A stretch of 64,000 nucleotides of DNA from Podarcis muralis (taxonomy: Eukaryota): NCBI RefSeq assembly GCF_964188315.1, contig NC_135667.1:18972001-19036000 (forward strand), read 5' to 3'. Positions 1 through 11,959 of this stretch are shown one piece after another (position 1 is the stretch's first letter; every line of letters begins with the position of its first letter). Below the pieces are notes generated by a model that ran no database searches, was not told the DNA's origin, and saw nothing but the letters and a program-made list of their open reading frames with translations. A program made the position numbers and the translations under genes.

Positions 1-1130
1 TCAGTCGGACCCAGAGCTTCTCCCACCCTGTGCTCCCTCAGTTAAGCCTTCTTTTGCAGGTTAACCTCTTCTCCACAGGTATGCGGGCGCTGCTATGCTG
101 TGGTCGCTGTTGAAGGGCCAGAAAGGAATTTTCCTGTATTGGCAGGGTTTGCCTTCCCTGTAGCAAAATGTCACAACTTTGGCGGTTTCAGGCCTTGGGC
201 GGAATCCTTTAGTTTGTCTTCCCAAATGGGGGGGGGGGAGGGCTGGAAGTGGTGACCCATGTGCCCCTTTCGGCGGTGATCCCAGGGTTCCCCTTTAAAG
301 GGGTCTTGAAGGGAGGCATTGGTCATACGCCAATAGGTTGTCATTGCTCTCCCCTGTGACGGCGGCGAAATGGGGGGGGGGCGGGCTCTCTGCTTGAACA
401 AATGTTCTCCAGAGCCAGCCCAATCCCCACACATTCTGGATAACCCTGATGTTCCCCAGATTCCCAGCCAGGGATTGGGAGGGATAAATGCCCAATGCCT
501 GAGCCAAGGTCTCCCTGAAGCTTTACTAAACTTGTGGCCAAATATTAATCCCATAAACACGTTGTCTTGAGTCATTATTCCACTTGGGTGTCACCCAGGG
601 TTGGGGGGGTGGGTCTAGGCCTGTTGGCACAAATGATTTAGTTATTCAGTTAAAAGTGGAAGAGGATGTTGGAGGGTGAAGAAGCTGTTCCTGCTCCTGT
701 ATCTCAGGCCTTCTCAGGGCACTAGCTAGCTGATCATAAAACAATGTTGCCACACTAAAACCTGGGAGAGTCTGCCTGGACAAATGAAAAATGAGTCTTT
801 AAATGTGAACTTTACAAAGCAGTAAAATCCATCTGCTGTTCCCAATTTATCTCTAGGCATGTGGTATATCCTAGTGCTATTAATTTTAAATTAAGTGAAA
901 ATGTAGAAGTGAGTCCCTTGTTCTGGGTCTGGACTGGATGAAGACCACTGTTCTAGAGATTATTGTCTCTTTGACAACCCCTCAAGTAGAGTTGTGTGCC
1001 TGGTTGTTGTAGTAGTAATAGTAGTAATAGTAGTTTTCTTTTATAACTTGCTGCTACTTCTTCATAATAAAACTCCTAATCTTAATATAATTTTAATAGG
1101 GCTTGCATAACTTCCCAGGGAACTCTTCAG

Positions 1131-1480
1131 CAGGGCTGGATTAGGTTTGATGAGGCCCTAAGCTACTGAAGGTAATGGGGCCCATTATGTGTCCAGCTGT
1201 CCCTTGTCAACAACAAATTGCCACTGGTTTTTTGTGTTGAATATATGCTATATGGTAATTTATGGACCTAACAGGTATCCAAATCCATTTCCACACAACA
1301 AATAGGAGCCTACACAACAAAATACACTGTTGCTGTATGTCGGTTTTATTTTAATTGGTTTTTATCTTACATTTTGAAAATGTACATCCAGTTCTTTTTA
1401 CCATTTAATTTTTTGGGGCCCCCCAAGAGAGTGGGGCCCTGAACTATAGCTGGTTTAGCTTATACATAAATCCACCCCTG
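1131..1480. mobile_element. Non-autonomous hAT-type DNA transposon
   Basis: CAGGGCTGGATT...AATCCACCCCTG termini; 8-bp flanks ctcttcag/cacttcag; same family inverted at 45000-45338. Confidence 0.75.
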
Positions 1481-1561
1481 CACTTCAGTATTCGCCTTCA
1501 GTATTTAGCCAAATGCCTGAACACAGTGTATCTAATTAGACTTGAATCAGCACCTATCTGC

Positions 1562-2671
1562 TCAAGCTTCTGGCTTCTGGACTTGAGAAGGTTTCTTGGA
1601 CAGCAGAGGGGAGAGGTCTGCTGGAATCCCAATCCATTCAGGCAAAAAAATTGCTGAGGGCTTGAAGCGCTTGCGGACAGGTGAGTCTGGGAGGGTGTAG
1701 TTGGCCAAGTAGATTGTCTTCCCACCAGCCAGGTAGCCAGCCCAGAGGCCAAAAGTGCCAATTGTCATTATTGTGTGGTTGCAATGAGCAAGGAGAGCAA
1801 AATCCCTCCCTGGAGAGGACTCGCGCCCATCCCCAGAAAAATAAACATCCCCCCTGGAGGCATTGATGTTTTCCTTGCACCACTCCATCCCATTGCTGGT
1901 CACCACAAAGATGGGATTGGGGTACTTCTCTCTGAAATAGTTCATGGCTTTCTCCAAATATCCTCTGTCAGCCACCACACCTTTCCAGCTGGGCATCACA
2001 TGGACATAATCCCCTCTGCGGACATGCACACCAACATATGTCACCTCCTGGCGCTGCCCCCGTAGCTCCTGAAGATATTGATTGGCTTCTTCCTTGATGT
2101 GGTCATGGAAGGAGAACTGCTGAAGTATCTCTTGGCGGATATGCTGAAAAAAGGTGTAAGACCATGGGTAGCCCGTCAGCCGGACGTACTTGCCTTTGAT
2201 GTGTTTATAACTCTCTGACATCCAATTATGCAGATGGAAGTTCTTCCAGCGGATCTTTTTAGCCACTTCAGCATGGAGCACTGGTAAAGTGATTCGGAAC
2301 ATTGGTGACAGGTACTTGTGCATGGCGGGATAAATATAAGCTTGATGTCCATTCATCTTGGCTAAGGTATAGAGGGTGGCATATTGCCCCATCTGGTTCC
2401 CAAAACGGCCAGCAGAGTTCACTGTCCATATGCCACTATCTATGATCTTAGAGGATGACCTGGAAGAATTACAGGTGGTGTTGGTGGTAATGAGGGAAGC
2501 AGGTTGTCCCCTCCCTGGGAAATTGGATGCATTCTTGACGCTGATCCTCCACTGCTGATATGGCATCTTGTCATATAGGTGCAAGAATGCAGAGAGGGAC
2601 AGGAGACTGAAAAAGTAGAGGAAGAATAAGAGGGCAGGTTGGCTGAAGGAACATCTTTGTGGGAGATCCAT
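1562..2671 (-). CDS. Galactoside alpha-1,2-fucosyltransferase (GT11, FUT1/FUT2-like), copy A; intact single coding exon, 369 aa
   Basis: Type II N-terminal TM ([14 protein letters not shown]), Ser/Thr stem, [28 protein letters not shown] and [13 protein letters not shown] motifs. Pyrimidine-rich splice acceptor (cctttag at 2691-2692) 19 nt upstream of the ATG. FUT1 versus FUT2 orthology is unresolved, so no symbol is given. Confidence 0.95.
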   Translation of the reverse strand: MDLPQRCSFSQPALLFFLYFFSLLSLSAFLHLYDKMPYQQWRISVKNASNFPGRGQPASLITTNTTCNSSRSSSKIIDSGIWTVNSAGRFGNQMGQYATLYTLAKMNGHQAYIYPAMHKYLSPMFRITLPVLHAEVAKKIRWKNFHLHNWMSESYKHIKGKYVRLTGYPWSYTFFQHIRQEILQQFSFHDHIKEEANQYLQELRGQRQEVTYVGVHVRRGDYVHVMPSWKGVVADRGYLEKAMNYFREKYPNPIFVVTSNGMEWCKENINASRGDVYFSGDGRESSPGRDFALLAHCNHTIMTIGTFGLWAGYLAGGKTIYLANYTLPDSPVRKRFKPSAIFLPEWIGIPADLSPLLSKKPSQVQKPEA

Positions 2672-2730
2672 AGGTGCACAATAGGAACACCTAAAGGAAG
2701 AGCAAAGTAGAGTGAAAAAACAGGTAGGAT

Positions 2731-3600
2731 CTACACACAGATCACACCCACTGATATGTCATCTTTATTGTAGCTATCCTTCCCCATAGCAACAAATTTA
2801 GCCTACTCCAAATTTCCAGGTCTTTTTTTATTTCTTTGCATATTTGGGTATAGTTATCATTAGATAAATTTATGTTTTTTACCGTAATCCAGATTCCTAA
2901 ATATTTAACTTTGTTTGTAATCGTTAGCCACATCTTATTTACTAGCTCTATTCTTTCTTGTTCATTCATATTTTTCACTAATAATTTTGTTTTATTTTTA
3001 TTCAATTTAAAGCCCGAAACCTGTCCAAATTTATTCATTTTTGCCATTGCTTCTGTTATACTTTCTGTTGGGTTTTCTGCCTTAATGATGAGGTCATCGG
3101 GAAATGCTTTTCAATTGTAAGATCTATATCCCAATTTGATTCCTTTTATTCTTGGTTCTTCTCTAATTTCCTTTAACAATGTTTCCAATATTGTTATAAA
3201 TAAAAGTGATGATAGCGGGCAGCCTTGCCTGGTGCCTTTAGAAATATTAATTTGGCTTTTTGATTTTTATATATCGTTTTTATGCCGCATCCTATTTTCT
3301 CTCTTACTCCATTACATCGATAGTTTTCACCATAAATTCCCAAGAAACATTATCAAAAGCCTTTTCGGCATCTACCAGCATCAGTGCAGCTTTTTTTATC
3401 AGGCCTCGTGGCTAAATATTCTAATATGCTAATCACCATTCTTGTGTTGTTATACATTTGCCTCCCTGGAAGGAAGCCTGCTTGATCACCATTGATAATT
3501 CTCCTCAAAATCTATTTAAATCTATTAGCCAATATCCCTGCAAATAATTTATAATCTGAATTTAGTAAAGAAATTGGTCTTACAGAGCAATTGTAATTCA
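2731..3600 (-). mobile_element. L1-clade LINE ORF2 (RT) fragment
   Basis: [32 protein letters not shown]; boundaries approximate. Confidence 0.8.
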
Positions 3601-3812
3601 CATATAGTTAATATGTAGCCTCATAGAATGATACGTATTTAGAATTCCAGCCTTACAGACTAGGAGGAACAACTGCAGTGCCTGGACTTTGGGGGTGCAA
3701 TTTATTGGATGGAAATGTGATGTCTCTGTCTCTCAGCTTCACCTGCCAAACAACACTCCATTCTCTCCATTGTTCAACTTCTCTCACACCTAGACTTGCC
3801 TTCCTTTTGGTC

Positions 3813-3868
<56 letters not shown>
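3813..3868. repeat. Compound (CT)n(CA)n microsatellite; other microsatellites at 9300-9359 (GATA), 11915-11958 (CA), 27942-27980 (TG), 28180-28217 (CA), 55436-55459 (ATG), 56255-56302 (GA), 58110-58180 (CA/GA), 63550-63578 (TG)
   Basis: Directly visible simple repeats. Confidence 0.95.
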
Positions 3869-3869
<1 letters not shown>

Positions 3870-5427
3870 CAAAGAGATCACCCAGCACTACCCCTCAGCT
3901 GCTGATAATTGAAGGATTAAATTGGAGAACTAACCTGCAGTGACTCTCCAAAGGTGTTCTATCAGGTCAGAATTCAGGAAAAGTCAAGCTTTGTTTTCTC
4001 TGCCTGTATGGGAGATTGGGAGTCGCGCTCCCTGGATACTGCAATAGTATAAGGAAGGGCCGTGGGTTTGACTTCTGTACAGACTCTTCATGAAACCCAT
4101 ACAGGTCATAATGTGACATAAAAGGATTGGACTTCAGACCTCCTCATGACTCCCTGCTCGGGTGTTTTCTGTATGCACTTTAAGCAAAAAGAAAAAAGAA
4201 AGAAGTCCATATATTCACTCATCTATTTATATACACACACAAACACACACCTACACCATCCTGCTTCAATTGACCGCAGGACAGTTTAAAGCATAGAACA
4301 TAATTAACCATATATGTCAACATATAATAGTCATTTAATTCAAAAAATTAAGAGAGTTATATAAATACAATTTATTATAAATGCATAGTGATACATAATA
4401 GTACATAACCCATACCAAACAGCAATGTTGAATTATATACTTTGTCATCCCAGCAACTAATTCTTTAACTCATGCAAATATTATTTATTATTGATTAAAT
4501 GTATTCATCACTTTTTCAGCCTCCAGAAAAATTAACGGGAGGAAAACCTGCAGCAGAATATCTATAGCGCAGAAACAATGTACAAGTCTTTTTGTCAAAA
4601 ACTAGCTTTGTGCTTTTTCTGAAGATTTTATTGAAGCTTTTTCATAATACAATAGGATAAAAGAAATTAATCTAGATAAAAACAAAAACAGGGAAAATAA
4701 AATAAAATGCAAAGGTAGTTTTTAACCCTTGTCACACACAGAAAGTGGTGGGCTCTCCTAGCTCTCACCTAGAGTTTTTCCTTCTTCTCCCTGTCTCTCA
4801 CCCTGGGGGATTTCCCTTCCCTGCCTCTCACTCAAGGTCCTTCACCAACCATGTGTGTCTAATCCTTGGACCCCAATAATGACCCAGAGCAGAGTACACC
4901 AAAGGGGGAAAAGAAAAAATAAAAGAGAAGAAAGGAAAAAAGCCAAGAATAGGAGAATAAAAGGGGATTTCTGATTTTCTGTCTGTCAGTTACATAAAAG
5001 AAATTATTCAAAACATTCCTGCTAGTGTGATATCCAACTGCTTTCTGTTAAGTAATGTTTTCCCAATCTTCAGACACAAATGTCTCAAATTCATTTTTTT
5101 TGCTTTTCACACAAACAATCCAAAAGGGGTTCTCTAATTAAAATAATTCATAATAAATGTCAGCCATGAAGTAATGCCTCTGGTGTATGTTTCAGATGAT
5201 TATCTTGTTTTCTGATCTCCATGACACAGCTGAAGATTTCAGGGATATAGTTATCACATTGTAATTTTTGTTTGTTTCAGCAAGTCTACACAGAAATGAT
5301 TTAAGTAAGCAGTTAAAAGTAGAAGAGGAAGTTGAAGGGTGAAGCTGCTGTTCTTGCTCCTGTATCTCCTAAATCTGTTGCCATTGCTTAGCAGCCTTAT
5401 CAGGGCACTCACTTATCATGTTTATAT

Positions 5428-8400
5428 GGTGTTGTGGTCTAAACCACTGAGCCTCTTGGGCTTGATGATCAGAAGGTCAGCGGTTCGAATCTGCACGACG
5501 GGGTCAACTCCCATTACTCTTTCCCAGCTCCTGCCAACCTAGCAGTTTGAAAGCACACCAGTGCAAGTCATCTCATCTGTCCTCCCAGTTGAACGACGTG
5601 GCCCAGGGAGAGAGGAAAAAATAGTGGAAGTGAACAGCTGGCTTCGCAAATGGTGTAAACTGGAACGTTTTGGATTCTTAGATCACGGACTGCAGTTTCT
5701 TGAAGATGGACTTCTGGCAAGCGATGGGCTGCACCTCACAACGGTTGGGAGGAATGTTTTTGCCAAAAATCTCAGAAACCTCATCAGGAGGGCTTTAAAC
5801 TGGCTAATATGGGGGAGGGAGACAGTGCTCCTGAAGTTAGGAGTCTATCAATTGATGAAGATGATCATCCAAATGTCATAGACCAAATGGAGCAAACAGC
5901 ACGCAGACCTAGTGGTGGGAGGAAAAAATCCCTAAATAAGAGACACGGGGGAATGATTAATGGACTTCAATGTCTGTACACTAATGCGCAAAGCATGGGA
6001 AATAAACAAGATGAGCTTGAGCTCTTGGTACAGCAAACTAAATATGACATAATAGGCATCACTGAAACCTGGTGGGATAAGTCCCACGATTGGAATGTAA
6101 TAATGGAGGGATACAATCTATTTCAGAGAAACAGACCAGACAAGAAAGGTGGAGGAGTGGCGTTATATGTCAGGGATGTGTATACCTGTGAAGAGATCCA
6201 AGATTTAGAACCTCAAAGCCAAAGTGAGAGCATTTGGGTCAAAATTAAGGGAGCGAAGAATAACAGAGACCTCATTGTGGGAGTTTACTATAGATCCCCA
6301 AGCCAAACAGAGGACATAGATGATGCCTTCCTGGAACAGATGGCCAAGCATGCAAAAGGAAGGGAGATAGTAGTAATGGGGGACTTCAATTACCCGGATA
6401 TTTGTTGGATGTCAAACTCAGCCAAGAGCATAAGTTCAAACAGATTCCTCACTGGCCTTGCAGACAACTTCATTGTCCAGAAAGTGGGAGAAGCAACAAG
6501 AGGAACAGCCATTTTAGATCTGGTCCTAACCAATGTTGATGACCTGGTTAGTGGGGTAGAAGTGGAAGGATCATTAGGCGCGAGTGATCATGCTCTTCTG
6601 AAGTTTACTATACAGCGGAAAGGAGCAGCCAAGCATACTAGGACTCAATTTCTTGACTTTAAGAAAGCCTACTTCATAAAACTTAGGGAAGTGCTGGGTG
6701 AGATCCCATGGACAGTAATACTAAAAGGAAAGGGAGTCCATGATGGCTGGGAGTTTGTTAAGAGGGAGATAGTAAAAGCACAACTTCAGGCAATACCAAT
6801 GAGACGGAAACATGGAAGGTGCCTAAAGAAGCCAGGGTGGCTATCTAAAGAACTTTTAACTGAGTTAAGATTAAAAAAGGATGTGTACAAAAAATGGAAA
6901 AGGGGGGAAACCACCAAAGAGGAATTCAAACAAATAGCCAGCACATGTAGATACAAAGTCAGAAAAGCTAAAGCACAGAATGAACTCAGGCTTGCTAGAG
7001 AGGTTAAAAGCAACAAAAAAGGCTTTTATGGGTATGTCCGTAGCAAAAGGAAGAACAAAGAAACAGTGGGGTCACTCAGAGGAGAAGATGGTGAAATGCA
7101 AACAGGGGACACAGAAAGGGCTGAACTCCTCAATGCCTTCTTTGCCTCAGTCTTCTCCGATAAAGAAAACAATGCCCGACCTGAAGAATTTGGAGCAAAT
7201 GATTCAGCAGAGGAAACACAGCCCAGAATAACTAAGGAGATAGTACAAGAATACTTGGCTAGTTTAGATGTATTCAAGTCTCCAAGGCCAGATGAACTGC
7301 ATCCAAGAGTATTAAAAGAACTGGCAGGTGTGATCTCAGAACCACTGGCAGTCATCTTTGAGAATTCCTGGAGAACAGGCGAAGTCCCGGCAGACTGAAG
7401 GAGGGCAAATGTTGTCCCTATTTTCAAAAAGGGGAAAAGAGAGGACCCAAATAATTATCGCCCAGTCAGTCTGACATCAATACCAGGGAAGATTCTGGAG
7501 CAGATCATTAAGCAAACAGTCTGTGAGCACCTAGAAAGGAATGCTGTGATCACCAATAGTCAGCATGGATTTCTGAAAAATAAGTCATGTCAGACTAACC
7601 AGATCTCGTTTTTTGACAGAATTACAAGGCTGGTAGATGAAGGGAACGCAGTGGATGTAGCCTACCTTGATTTCAGCAAGGCATTCGACAAGGTGCCCCA
7701 TGATATTCTTGTAAAGAAGCTGGTAAAATGCGGTCTTGACTATGCTACCACTCAGTGGATTTGTAACTGGCTGACTGACCGAACCCAAAGGGTGCTCATC
7801 AATGGTTCCTCTTCATCCTGGAGAAGAGTGACTAGTGGGGTGCCACAGGGTTCTGTCTTGGGCCCGGTCTTATTCAACATCTTTATCAACGACTTGGATG
7901 ATGGACTCAAGGGCATCCTGATCAAATTTGCAGATGACACCAAACTGGGAGGGGTGGCTAACACCCCAGAGGACAGGATCACACTTCAAAACGACCTTGA
8001 CAGATTAGAGAACTGGGCCAAAACAAACAAGATGAACTTTAACAGGGAGAAATGTAAAGTATTGCACTTGGGCAAAAAAAATGAGAGGCACAAATACAAG
8101 ATGGGTGACACCTGGCTTGAGAGCAGTACATGTGAAAAGGATCTAGGAGTCTTGGTTGACCACAAACTTGACATGAGCCAACAGTGTGACGCGGCAGCTA
8201 AAAAGGCCAATGCAATTCTGGGCTGCATCAATAGGAGTATAGCATCTAGATCAAGGGAAGTAATAGTGCAACTGTATTCTGCTCTGGTCAGACCTCACCT
8301 GGAGTACTGTGTCCAGTTCTGGGCACCACAGTTCAAGAAGGACACTGACAAACTGGAACGTGTCCAGAGGAGGGCAACCAAAATGGTCAAAGGCCTGGAA

Positions 8401-9041
8401 ACGATGCCTTATGAGGAACGGCTAAGGGAGCTGGGCATGTTTAGCCTGGAGAAGAGGAGGTTAAGGGGTGATATGATAGCCATGTTCAAATATATAAAAG
8501 GATGTCATATAGAGGAGGGAGAAAGGTTGTTTTCTGCTGTTCCAGAGAAGCGGATACGGAGCAATGGATCCAAACTACAAAAAAGAAGATTCCACCTAAA
8601 CATTAGGAAGAACTTCCTGACAGTAAGAGCTGTTCGACAGTGGAATTTGCTGCCAAGGAGTGTGGTGGAGTCTCCTTCTTTGGAGGTCTTTAAGCGGAGG
8701 CTTGACAACCATATGTCGGGAGTGCTCTGATGGTGTTTCCTGCTTGGCAGGGGGTTGGACTCGATGGCCCTTGTTGTCTATTCCAACTCTATGATTCTAT
8801 GATTCTATTCTAAGTAGATAAATGGGTACTGCTGTGGCAGGTAGGTAAATGGTGTTTCCGTGCACTCTGGTTTCCATCACTGTGTCCCGTTGCGCCAAAA
8901 GCGGTTTAGTCATTCTGGCCACATGACCCGGAAAGCTCTCTGTGGACAAACACCGTCTCCCTTGGCCTGAAAGTGAGATGAGTTCCGGAACCCCATAGTC
9001 ACCTTTGACTGGACTTAATCCAGGGTTCGTTTACCTTTACC
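5428..9041 (+). mobile_element. Sauria-type SINE split by the CR1 insertion (5428-5568 and 8812-9041)
   Basis: The SINE core ...gtgcaagt/agataaat... is interrupted exactly by the CR1 and resumes at aagtagataaat. Confidence 0.85.
5569..8810 (+). mobile_element. CR1 LINE, 5'-truncated in ORF1 (esterase-like), near-intact ORF2
   Basis: ORF1 remnant (DGLHL). ORF2 endonuclease (YTNAQS, GITETW, MGDFN) and RT (KFADDTKL) lie in one frame over 5809-8730, broken by a single TGA at 7396-7398. (ATTCTATG)n tail. Confidence 0.95.
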
Positions 9042-9166
9042 GGCTAAGTCAAGTTTGGGCATGGCATATTCTTTGAACCAGGCTACTGGAAGGATGATAT
9101 CTTCTTCAAAGTTCCAGGAGCTCACAAACTCATCAGCTGCTTTGTTCTGTGACTGGATACACTAAG

Positions 9167-9298
9167 ATTCAGGTAGGTAGCCATGTTGGTCTGACGCAGT
9201 CGAAATATATATATCTGAAGAAGTGTGCATGCACACGAAAGCTTATACCAAGAACAAACTTAGTTGGTCTCTAAGGTGCTACTGGACAATTTAAATTT

Positions 9299-9345
<47 letters not shown>

Positions 9346-9359
9346 TAGATATAGATATA
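9167..9359. mobile_element. Miniature Penelope-derived insertion with (GATA)n tail
   Basis: Shares both terminal sequences with the element at 58876-61070; 11-bp TSD GATACACTAAG at 9156-9166 and 9360-9370. Confidence 0.8.
9211..9249 (+). ncRNA. Minimal hammerhead motif in the mini-Penelope insertion
   Basis: ATAT-CTGAAGA-A-GTGTGCATGCACAC-GAAA-GC-TT-ATAC; weaker stem I, NUH = CUU. Confidence 0.55.
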
Positions 9360-9873
9360 GATACACTAAGTCACTTAAGTAACTTGGTGTGGTAACTAGG
9401 TGATTCTGCATATCCTGGAAAAGTATACCTTGGAGGTTTAACATGAGACAGAATCCAGATCCGCCCCTCACTCCACCCCCCCACCCCAGCTTCAAAATAT
9501 TAAAGTGAGATTCAATCTCATTCACCATAGCAGTGCTCCTAAGGATCCAATAATCTGCTTGAGGAGGCATCAGAAAACGCATGTTCACATAGTCCAGGCT
9601 AAACATTCACAACATGAAAAATATGTCCCTTTGTGGGCTCCTACTTCTTGCATGCAGTGACTGCACACTGATAAGAGAAGTTTTTGTCATGTGGTGCTGG
9701 TTGGTTAAAAAGGTAAACCATCCCCTCAGATCAAAGGAAATGATATATGAAAGGAAAGAGCTATGCTGCAGGCGAGTGTGATAGTTCAGTTGCTGCAGCC
9801 TCCAGAGGAGATCTTCCTTCATGGGACATTAGAAAAGGACACCCCTGGCTACTGGGCTGAATGGTCTTTCAGC

Positions 9874-9904
9874 ATGAAGTTCTCTTTCAGCATTTTCTTC
9901 CTGG
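9874..9904 (+). CDS. Leader exon 1 ([10 protein letters not shown] + G), LRC-type
   Basis: ATG AAG TTC TCT TTC AGC ATT TTC TTC CTG G followed by donor gttagt; 31 nt, phase 1, hydrophobic. Confidence 0.65.
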
Positions 9905-11912
9905 GTTAGTATCACTGATGATCAGTGCAGTGGCTGGGTGGGAGGACCAGAGACCCAGCTTTGGTTCCTGCTGTTCAGATACCTTTTTATTAATAGAATC
10001 CTCTCCTTTCCAGAATGGTGGCTGCCTGGTCAGAGACAAGTACTTGGAGTTGAGTATCAGCAGATAAGAGAATATTAATTTGGGAGGGTAGTGGGATGGG
10101 ACAAAACAGGAGCTTGGTGCCATGGCCTCCCTTTCTCCCAAGGCTGTTTTTCTGACATAACTGGTTCTGCAGCTCCACCCAGCTTTCCCTCTGCTCGACC
10201 TTTATAGGTTTGGCATATCCGTCGGCTCCTGCCAGAGCAGATGCTTGCTTCCAAACACAGTTCTGAGTGCTTTACTGCCTTTCAAATTTTGCGCCATTGC
10301 TACCATACCTAGGGGAAAGCAATGAAGCGGGTCAGGATGCAGGACTCCAGGGAGCTCCAAGTGGGCAATCTGTTCCAGTGGAGGTTGAAAGCAAATGGAG
10401 CATTTTAGGGATTCTTTCCACAGACTGTCTCTCCCAGGCGCTACACTCTTGTGGAGAGTGGGAACTCTTATCTAGTTTTAGCTCTGCTTAGTCTTTGTAT
10501 ATTTGCAATTTACACCATAAAGCACCCAAAATGAGTGTTGGGTATTCTCCAGCTTTTGCATTCTTTGTTCTCCTGAGATTTCCAACCCTGAAGATTTCTT
10601 CCAGTTTTCCAGCCAGAGCTGGGAAGGAGCACGTTCTAAAGAGTTGATAGACAGGAGCAGCAGCAAGGAAGAGAAAGTGGGGAGACTCTTTATGTGGGTC
10701 AGGAACTGAACCAGGAGGGTGACATTGTTCATATTTGACATCAATTCCATGACTTATGTAGGCAAACCCAAGTAAAATATAGACCACTGTTTCTCAAATG
10801 ATGGGCTGGGTGCCCTCTGTGGGCTTTAGGCTGCTTTCAGACATGCCTTGGTCCCCAGTGACTCTTCAATCCCCAACAGCTCCCCCTTTGCCATGTATGA
10901 GGTTCTGCTGTCTGTGTTCATGATATTGTACAACTACTGATTATGGTAAACTTGTATGTGATGGTATGTATTGTGCAAAATGTGTAGGCAAGTATATTAG
11001 GTCAATCAGGGGGAAATTGTGTGATTGTGATGTTGGAAGTGAGTGGCGATTGGATAGGAGTTTTGAAAGAGAGTTGAATACTGGGGGGGTATTATTTTTG
11101 TCTGTTATTATGGTGTGTATTTTTTGCTTTGAGACGCAGGTGGCGCTGTGGGTTAAACCACAGAGCCTAGGACTTGCCGATCAGAAGGTTGGCAGTTCAA
11201 ATCCCCACGATGGGGTGAGCTCCCGTTGCTCGGTCCCAGCTCCTGCCAACCTAGCAGTTCGAAAGCACACCAAAAAGTGCAAGTAGATAAATAGGTACCG
11301 CTCTGGCGGGAAGGTAAATGGTGTTTCCGTGTGCTGCTCTGGTTTGCCAGAAGTGGCTTAGTCATGCTGGCCACATGACCCAGAAGCTGTACGCCGGCTC
11401 CCTCGGCCAATAAAGCAAGATGAGCGCCGCAACCCCAGAGTTGGCCACGACTGGACCTAATGGTCAGGGGTCCCCTTTACCTTTACCCTTATACTTTGCT
11501 TTTATATTGTAGACCACCCTGTGATCTTCAGATGAAGGGTGGTATAGAATTTTAATTAATAATTATAATCATAGTAATAATAATTGACCAGCCGTGCTAG
11601 AGGTAGTCATCATTCAGGAGCTTTGTATAGGCAGTGAAAATATAGATGATTTAAAGCACCTAGCAGTAACCCAGCTATGGGCTGTACCCCTTAGAGAAAA
11701 GATGATACAGGAGAGTTGAGTTGAATCAATGGGTGGTGCTGGCCTGAGTATGGCAATCTCAAAGATACCAGCTGAAGCCACAGGAACATTGACAGTATAG
11801 ATGACACAGTTTCCTCAAGCCTAGTTGAGGTGAGGGTGAGTGATTTTCCTAGAAACTGTAGCTAGGGAGGAAAAGTTTATTGTAGTTTCCACAGAGGCCC
11901 TGTCCAATAAAA

Positions 11913-11959
<47 letters not shown>

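Noticed and set aside
1-615. G-run-rich segment resembling a DIRS/Ngaro-type terminal repeat, with short ORFs
   Set aside because: Truncated by the window edge, no coding motif or second terminus visible; cannot be supported.
2672-2692. Apparent loss of an acceptor AG just before the FUT-A ATG (tgcacct versus tgcaggt)
   Set aside because: Both copies share a stronger acceptor (cctttag) 19 nt upstream of the ATG, so the change is probably in the 5' UTR.
10267-10640. Possible decayed Ig exon after the leader (SLYICNLH resembles an Ig F-strand YxC)
   Set aside because: No first Cys/Trp pattern, an in-frame stop and no convincing splice sites. An Ig HMM search would settle it and would matter for the chimera model.
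10530-10645. Alternative signal-peptide exon [15 protein letters not shown]
   Set aside because: No phase-1 donor follows and the frame reaches a stop; the 9874 exon fits better.
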